Shown here: one piece after another, positions 58,225 through 64,000 of the stretch
Layout: each line of letters starts with the position of its first letter
Numbering within the stretch: position 1 is the first letter of the stretch
DNA from: Candidatus Binatia bacterium
Lineage (GTDB): Bacteria > Desulfobacterota > Binatia > UBA9968 > JAJDTQ01
Length of the DNA stretch: 64,000 bases
Direction of reading: 5' to 3'
Assembly (NCBI GenBank): GCA_963666515.2
Contig: OY762897.2
Location: 3,040,001 to 3,104,000 of the forward strand
The notes under the pieces: generated by a model
The model's database searches: none
Told to the model about the DNA's origin: nothing
The model's input: the letters and a program-made list of their open reading frames with translations, nothing else
Translations under genes and position numbers: made by a program

Positions 58225-58250
58225 AGGGGGCGACCGCGGGTCGCCCCTAC
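58225..58250. repeat. GTAG-family REP supplying the argF stop codon
   Basis: Minus strand GTAGGGGCGACCCGCGGTCGCCCCCT; its TAG (58247-49) terminates argF. Confidence 0.8.
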
Positions 58251-59167
58251 GCGGCTACGCCCAGGCACCACACCATCAGCGCCTTCTGGGCGTGCAGGCG
58301 GTTCTCGGCCTGGTCGAACACCACGGAATGGCGGCCTTCGATGACCTCGTCGGTGATCTCCTCGTCGCGGTGGGCGGGCAGGCAGTGCATCACCGCCACG
58401 TCGTCCTTCGCCCGAGACACCAGTTCCCGGTTGACCTGGAAGGCGACGAAGGCCCGTTTCCGATCGCCGGCTTGCCCCTCCTGGCCCATGCTCGCCCACA
58501 CGTCGGTGTAGATGGCGTCGGCGCCACCCACGGCCTCGGCCGGATCGTGCGTGACCGCCACGTCCGCGCCCGCGGCCGCCGCCGAGTCGAAGACCTCCCG
58601 GTCGGGCTCGAAACCCTCGGGACAGGCCAGCGTGAACCGGAACGGCAGCTTTTCCGCGGCCAGCAGCCAGGAGTGCGCCACGTTGTTGCCGTCGCCCACG
58701 AACGCCACCTTGAGCCCTTCCAACCGCCCCTTGCACTCCTGCAGGGTGAGCAGGTCCGCCAGCACCTGGCAGGGGTGGTAGAGGTCGGACAGCGCGTTGA
58801 TCACCGGCACGGAGCCGAAGGCCGCCATCTCCGTCAGGATGCCCTGGGCGAAGGTGCGTACCGCGATGATGTCCACCAGGCGGCTCAACACCCGGACGCA
58901 GTCGGCCGGCGTCTCGCGCTCGCCCAGTTGCACCTCGTCGGGCCCCAGGAACAGCGTGGCGCCTCCCAGCTCGGTCATGCCGATATCGAAGGTGGCCCGG
59001 GTCCTAAGGCTGGGCTTCTGGAACAGCAGCGCCAGCTTCTTTCCCGCCAGCAACGGCCGCAGGCGTCCGTCCCCGCGTTCCCGCTTGAGGGTCGCGGCCA
59101 GGGAGAGGACCTCGTCCAGGTCCACCCGGGTGAGGTCCCGCAACGTCAGTACGTCCCGCTTCTTCAT
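58247..59167 (-). CDS. argF: Ornithine carbamoyltransferase
   Basis: [22 protein letters not shown] and HCLPAHR motifs. Confidence 0.96.
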   Translation of the reverse strand: MKKRDVLTLRDLTRVDLDEVLSLAATLKRERGDGRLRPLLAGKKLALLFQKPSLRTRATFDIGMTELGGATLFLGPDEVQLGERETPADCVRVLSRLVDIIAVRTFAQGILTEMAAFGSVPVINALSDLYHPCQVLADLLTLQECKGRLEGLKVAFVGDGNNVAHSWLLAAEKLPFRFTLACPEGFEPDREVFDSAAAAGADVAVTHDPAEAVGGADAIYTDVWASMGQEGQAGDRKRAFVAFQVNRELVSRAKDDVAVMHCLPAHRDEEITDEVIEGRHSVVFDQAENRLHAQKALMVWCLGVAA

Positions 59168-59172
59168 GCCCG

Positions 59173-60360
59173 TCACACCCGCGCCAGCACCCGCTCCAGG
59201 ATCCCCAGCGCCTCGTCCACGTCGGCCTGCTCGATGGTCAGCGGCGGCACCATGCGGAGCACGTTGGGTCCCGCCAGCACCACGAGCAACCCTTCCTTCA
59301 TGCATTCCTGGACCATGGGGCCGCACTCGCGGTCCATCTCCATACCCAGGAGCAATCCCTTGCCGCGCACCTCGCGGATGAAGCCGAAGCGCTGCGCCAG
59401 CGCCTCCAGTCCCTGCCGCAGCGCGCCGCCGACCTCCTCGCAGTGCTCCACCAGGCCGGCTTCCAGGATGGTCTCCATCACCGCCAGCCCCGCCCGGCAT
59501 ACCACCGGGTTGCCGCCGAAGGTGGAGGCATGGGATCCCGGCGGAAAGCTCTTGGCGACCTCTTCCCGCGCCAGCATGGCGCCCAGAGGAAGGCCGCCGC
59601 CCAGGGCCTTGGCCAGGGTCATGACGTCGGGCGCGACGCCGAAGTGCTCGTAGCCGAACAGCCGGCCGGTGCGCCCCATGCCCACCTGCACCTCGTCGAA
59701 TATCAGCAGCAGTCCCTTGTCGTCGCAGAGCTGACGCAGCCCGCGCATGTAGGACACGTCCGGCACCACCACGCCGCCCTCGCCCTGGATGGGCTCCACC
59801 AGGATGGCCGCGGTGCGTTCGTCCACGGCGTCCTCCGCGGCGTCCAGGTCGTTGAACGGCACGTGGCGGAAACCCGGCGGCAGCGGATCGAAGCCGAGGC
59901 GGATCTTCTCCTGGCCGGTGGCCGTCAGGGTGGCCAGGGTGCGCCCGTGGAACGAGTTGAGGGCGGTGATGACCTCGGTCCTGCCTCCGGCCTGCTCCGA
60001 GCCGTAGCGCCGCGCCAGCTTGAGGGCGGCCTCGTTGGCCTCGGCGCCGCTGTTGCAGAAGAACACCCGGTCGGCGAAGGAATGGTCGCAGAGCGCCTTG
60101 GCCAGCCGGGCCTGGGGCTCGATGTGATACAGGTTCGAGACGTGGATCAGGGATCGCACCTGCTCCGACACCGCCTTGGCCACCGCCGGATGGCAGTGGC
60201 CGAGGCTGTTGACGGCGATGCCGGCCACGAAGTCCAGGTACTCCTTGCCGTCCGCGTCCCACACCCGCGCCCCTTCCCCCCTCACCAGCGCGATGGGGAA
60301 ACGCGCGTAGGTGTTCATCACGTGCGCTTCGGTCAACTGTTGTGCTTCAAGGTTTGACAT
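59173..60360 (-). CDS. argD: Acetylornithine aminotransferase
   Basis: NSGAEANE, SFHGRT, EPIQGEGG, DEVQVGMGRTG and LAKALGGG motifs. Confidence 0.95.
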   Translation of the reverse strand: MSNLEAQQLTEAHVMNTYARFPIALVRGEGARVWDADGKEYLDFVAGIAVNSLGHCHPAVAKAVSEQVRSLIHVSNLYHIEPQARLAKALCDHSFADRVFFCNSGAEANEAALKLARRYGSEQAGGRTEVITALNSFHGRTLATLTATGQEKIRLGFDPLPPGFRHVPFNDLDAAEDAVDERTAAILVEPIQGEGGVVVPDVSYMRGLRQLCDDKGLLLIFDEVQVGMGRTGRLFGYEHFGVAPDVMTLAKALGGGLPLGAMLAREEVAKSFPPGSHASTFGGNPVVCRAGLAVMETILEAGLVEHCEEVGGALRQGLEALAQRFGFIREVRGKGLLLGMEMDRECGPMVQECMKEGLLVVLAGPNVLRMVPPLTIEQADVDEALGILERVLARV

Positions 60361-60366
60361 GGCGCC

Positions 60367-61248
60367 TCAGTCTCGAATCACCTCGGTTCCCACGCCCTGC
60401 TTGGTGAATATCTCCAGCAGGACGGCGTGCCGGTCGCGGCCGTCGATGATGTGGGTCTTGGTCACGCCGCCGTTCAGGGCGTCGACGCAGCACTCCACCT
60501 TGGGGATCATCCCCGACGAGATCACGTCCCGCTCGATGAGGTCGGCCGACTGGGAGATGGTGAGGGTGCTGATCAGTTCCCCCTCGCGGTCCCGCACGCC
60601 TTCCACGTCGGTGAGCAGGATGAGCTTCTCCGCGCCGAGGGCCGCGGCCACCCTCCCCGCCACCAAGTCCGCGTTGATGTTGTAGGTCTCGCCCTTCTCG
60701 CCCACGCCTACCGGCGCGATCACCGGGATGAAGCGGTTGCCGTCCAGGGAACGGATCACCGTGGGGTCCACCCGGACGATCTCCCCCACCATGCCGATGT
60801 CGATGATCTCGGTGCTCTCGCCGTCGCCCGGCACGGTCACGTTCATCTTGCGCGCCAGCACGAGCTGGCCGTCCTTGCCGCTGAGACCCACCGCGGCGCC
60901 GCCGTGCTGGTTGACGAGCGCGACGATCTCCTTGTTGACCTTGCCCACCAGCACCATCTCGATGATGTCGATGGTCTCCGAGTCGGTGACCCGCATGCCG
61001 CGCACGTAGCGGCTCTCGATGCCCATCTTCCCCAGCGTCTCGTTGATCTGGGGTCCGCCGCCGTGCACCACCACCACGTTGATGCCCACGTACTTGAGCA
61101 GCACGACATCCTGGGCGAAGCTCTGCTTGAGCGCCTCGTCCACCATGGCGGCGCCGCCGTACTTGACCACGAAGGTCTTGCCGAAAAAGCGCTTGATGAA
61201 CGGAAGCGCTTCCAGCAGGACTTCCGCCTTGCCTATGAAATCATCCAC
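60367..61248 (-). CDS. argB: Acetylglutamate kinase
   Basis: [21 protein letters not shown] and GMIPKV motifs. Confidence 0.97.
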   Translation of the reverse strand: MDDFIGKAEVLLEALPFIKRFFGKTFVVKYGGAAMVDEALKQSFAQDVVLLKYVGINVVVVHGGGPQINETLGKMGIESRYVRGMRVTDSETIDIIEMVLVGKVNKEIVALVNQHGGAAVGLSGKDGQLVLARKMNVTVPGDGESTEIIDIGMVGEIVRVDPTVIRSLDGNRFIPVIAPVGVGEKGETYNINADLVAGRVAAALGAEKLILLTDVEGVRDREGELISTLTISQSADLIERDVISSGMIPKVECCVDALNGGVTKTHIIDGRDRHAVLLEIFTKQGVGTEVIRD

Positions 61249-61273
61249 GTTATGCGACTCCGGTCCGGGGGAA

Positions 61274-62677
61274 CTACAGGATGTACCGGGACAGGTCCTC
61301 GTTCTTGAGAATGGCGTCCAGGCGCTCGCTGACGTACCCGGCGTCGATGCGGACCTCCCGTCCGGGCATCTCCGGCGCGGTGAAGGAGACTTCGTCCAGG
61401 AGCTTCTCGAGGATCGTATGCAGCCGGCGGGCGCCGATGTTCTCCATCTTCTCGTTGGCCTCGGCGCTGATGCGGGCGATCTCCTCGATGGCGTCCTCCT
61501 GGAAGAGCAGCCGGATATTCTCGGTCTCCAGCAACGCCATGTACTGGCGGATCAGCGCGTTCCTGGGCTCGGTCAGGATGCGCACGAAGTCGTTCTTGTC
61601 CAGCGAGCTAAGCTCGACGCGAATGGGGAACCGGCCCTGGAACTCCGGGATCAGGTCCGACGGCTTGGAGTTGTGGAAGGCGCCGGAGGCGATGAAGAGG
61701 ATGTGGTCGGTCCTCACCAGCCCGTACTTCGAGCTGACGGTCGAGCCTTCGACGATGGGCAGGAGATCCCGCTGGACCCCTTCCCGCGAGACGTCGGGGC
61801 CGTGCAGGGATTCCCGCCCGGCGATCTTGTCGATCTCGTCGATGAACACGATCCCGGATTGTTCCACCCGCCTGGTGGACTCGCCCACCACCGTGTCCAT
61901 GTCCACCAGCCGGGCCGCTTCCTCCTGGGTCAGCAGCTTCATGGCCTCGGGTATCTTCACGGTCTTCCGCTTGGACTGCTTGGGAAGCAGGTTGGAGAAC
62001 ATCTCCTTGATGTTCGACTCCATCTCCTCCATTCCCTGCGGGGTCAGCACCTCGATCATCGGCGTCATGCTCTGGGTCAGCTCGACGTCCACGTCGCGAT
62101 CGTCCAGCTTCCCCGCCCGGAGCATCCGGCGGAGCTTTTCCCGCGTGCCGGGCGACGGCCGCTCCGCCACTTGGTCGCCGTCCCTGTCGCCGTTGTCCGG
62201 GGCCTGGGGCTCCGGCAACAGCAGGTCCAGCACCCGCTCTTCCGCCAGATCCCTCGCCTTGATCTGGACCTTCTCCTGCTCCTCCTCCCGCACCATCTTG
62301 ACCGCCAGGTCCATGAGGTCGCGGATGATGGATTCCACGTCCCTGCCGACGTAGCCCACCTCCGTGAACTTCGAGGCCTCCACCTTGATGAACGGCGCCT
62401 GGGCCAGCTTGGCCAGCCTGCGGGAGATCTCGGTCTTGCCCACTCCGGTAGGCCCGATCATGATGATGTTCTTGGGGGCGATCTCGTCCCGCAGCTCCTC
62501 GGGCACGAGCTGGCGCCGCCAGCGGTTGCGCACCGCCACGGCCACGGCCCGCTTGGCGTCGCGCTGGCCCACGATGTAGCGGTCCAGCTCGGAGACGATC
62601 TCGCGGGGCGTCATGACGGGCGTCAACGACTGTCCGTCCGCCGTGCGGACGCTCATCTGTTGGCTTTCATCCTTCAT
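61274..62677 (-). CDS. hslU: HslU ATPase subunit
   Basis: [30 protein letters not shown] and DLSRYIL motifs; start uncertain. Confidence 0.97.
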   Translation of the reverse strand: MKDESQQMSVRTADGQSLTPVMTPREIVSELDRYIVGQRDAKRAVAVAVRNRWRRQLVPEELRDEIAPKNIIMIGPTGVGKTEISRRLAKLAQAPFIKVEASKFTEVGYVGRDVESIIRDLMDLAVKMVREEEQEKVQIKARDLAEERVLDLLLPEPQAPDNGDRDGDQVAERPSPGTREKLRRMLRAGKLDDRDVDVELTQSMTPMIEVLTPQGMEEMESNIKEMFSNLLPKQSKRKTVKIPEAMKLLTQEEAARLVDMDTVVGESTRRVEQSGIVFIDEIDKIAGRESLHGPDVSREGVQRDLLPIVEGSTVSSKYGLVRTDHILFIASGAFHNSKPSDLIPEFQGRFPIRVELSSLDKNDFVRILTEPRNALIRQYMALLETENIRLLFQEDAIEEIARISAEANEKMENIGARRLHTILEKLLDEVSFTAPEMPGREVRIDAGYVSERLDAILKNEDLSRYIL

Positions 62678-62749
62678 AGGTCCGTCTTGGGGAAACTCCC
62701 GGAAAACCGTTGGCCCGCGCCGGCCGGGCAGGCCACGCATCACCCGGAA

Positions 62750-63280
62750 TCAGGGCAACTCCTCGATGGTCAGCTTGTCGTTCGTGTAGACGCAGATCGC
62801 CGCGGCCACCTTCATGGACTCCTCGGCGATGGCGCGGGCGTCGAGCGGGCTATGATGAACCAGCGCGCGCGCCGCCGCAAGCGCATAGTTGCCGCCCGAG
62901 CCGATGGCGATGACACCGTCGTCGGGCTCCACCACGTCGCCGTTGCCCGATACCACCAGGGAAGCCTCGACATCGGCGACGATCATCAGCGCTTCCAGCC
63001 GCCGGAGCACGCGGTCGGTGCGCCACTCCTTGGCCAGTTCCACCGCCGCGCGCCGGAACACGCCGCCGTGCTGTTCCAGCTTGCCCTCGAACTTCTCGAA
63101 CAGCGTGAACGCGTCCGCGGTGGCGCCCGCGAAGCCCGCGATCACGCGGTCGCTGTAGAGCTTCCGCACCTTGCGGGCCGTGTGCTTCAGCGCCGTGTCG
63201 CCGAGGCTGACCTGGCCGTCGCCGGCGACCACGATCCGGCCGCCGTGCCGCACCGCGAGGATGGTGGTTCCGTGAAACAT
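62750..63280 (-). CDS. hslV: HslV protease subunit
   Basis: HGTTI N-terminal Thr; [14 protein letters not shown] and GSGG motifs. Confidence 0.97.
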   Translation of the reverse strand: MFHGTTILAVRHGGRIVVAGDGQVSLGDTALKHTARKVRKLYSDRVIAGFAGATADAFTLFEKFEGKLEQHGGVFRRAAVELAKEWRTDRVLRRLEALMIVADVEASLVVSGNGDVVEPDDGVIAIGSGGNYALAAARALVHHSPLDARAIAEESMKVAAAICVYTNDKLTIEELP

Positions 63281-63458
63281 CTTCAGTGAAATATCGTCAA
63301 TGAAGTCGGTCCGCGAGGGCCGCCGGTCTGAATCGCCGGTACAGGACCCGTGGCGTTCCGATCAAACCGACCACTCTAACATGAAACCGCGGACTTCGCA
63401 GGCCCTCACGTCTCGGGAACGGCGCCAGGAGCGTGTCTCCGGGCAGGCGGCCGGGCGC

Positions 63459-64000
63459 TCAGGCTCGTGGATGGGCGCGGTCGTAGACCGCGGTGAGCTG
63501 GTCGAGATTCACGTGGGTGTAGCGCTGGGTGGTGGAGAGGCTGACGTGGCCCAGCAGCTCCTGGATCGAGCGCAGGTCGGCACCGGCGTTCAGCAGGTGG
63601 GTGGCGAAGGTGTGGCGCAGGCCGTGGGGGCCCATGCGCACGGGAATGCCGGCCAGCCGCAGGTACTTGTCGACGATCCGGGCGACGCTGCGGGTGGTGA
63701 TCCGGGCGCCCATGCGGTTCAGGAACACCGGCTCCTCGCCCCGGGCCGCGCGGCCCCACCGGCCCCGCTGGTGCTCGGCGTAGTCCCGCAGCGCGGCCAG
63801 CGCCACCTCCCCGACCGGGACGATGCGCTCCTTGGAGCCCTTGCCGAAGACCCTGAGGACGCCCAGCGAGAAGTCCACGTCCCGCCAGTCCAGGCCCACC
63901 AGCTCGCTGACCCGGACCCCGGACGAATACAGCACCTCCATGACCGCGCGGTCGCGGGCAGGCAGAATGCCTTCCTCGGGCAGGCAGCCCAGCACTCGGA
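63459..64000 (-). CDS. xerC: Tyrosine recombinase XerC (5' part outside the window)
   Basis: [28 protein letters not shown] and LGH..LSTTQRY motifs; upstream of hslVU. Confidence 0.88.
   Translation of the reverse strand, partial: RVLGCLPEEGILPARDRAVMEVLYSSGVRVSELVGLDWRDVDFSLGVLRVFGKGSKERIVPVGEVALAALRDYAEHQRGRWGRAARGEEPVFLNRMGARITTRSVARIVDKYLRLAGIPVRMGPHGLRHTFATHLLNAGADLRSIQELLGHVSLSTTQRYTHVNLDQLTAVYDRAHPRA

Noticed and set aside
63459-64000. Tyrosine recombinase as a phage or island integrase
   Set aside because: Motifs and position upstream of hslVU fit housekeeping XerC.

Overview
High-GC bacterial chromosome segment. The gene content (xerC-hslVU-argBDFGH-lysA-dapFAB core, UbiD/Rieske/amidohydrolase-type catabolic genes, GTAG- and CGTC-type REPs) suggests a deltaproteobacterial/Binatia-like organism; this is inference only. 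From left to right: (1) A defence island (1-~7 kb) with a truncated R-M controller (C) protein gene and PvuII-like C-boxes, an IS21 remnant, and an operon encoding a metallo-beta-lactamase-fold protein, an E2-E1(ThiF)-JAB fusion (broken by one in-frame TAG) and a patatin, with a divergent HTH/Zn-peptidase (CapH/CapP-like) pair. (2) Metabolic genes including two UGA-recoded genes the ORF track misses or splits: a deiodinase-like selenoprotein (FGSITUPPF) and a 71-aa microprotein with two in-frame UGAs (GG-U-YGN-U-G) and a SECIS-like hairpin. (3) A second defence islet: AAA ATPase, a 1368-aa STAND NTPase with a C-terminal nuclease-like domain, and FitAB/VapBC. (4) A catabolic cluster. (5) A candidate sterol-tailoring cassette: MMPL transporter, GPP34-P450 fusion, ERG6-like sterol methyltransferase and a Neverland/KshA-like Rieske enzyme. 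(6) A b6-type Rieske/cytochrome b complex with an 8-heme cytochrome c. (7) Lys/Arg biosynthesis, hslVU and a partial xerC. No rRNA, tRNA or CRISPR array was seen. Family calls rest on motif recognition; no database searches were run.
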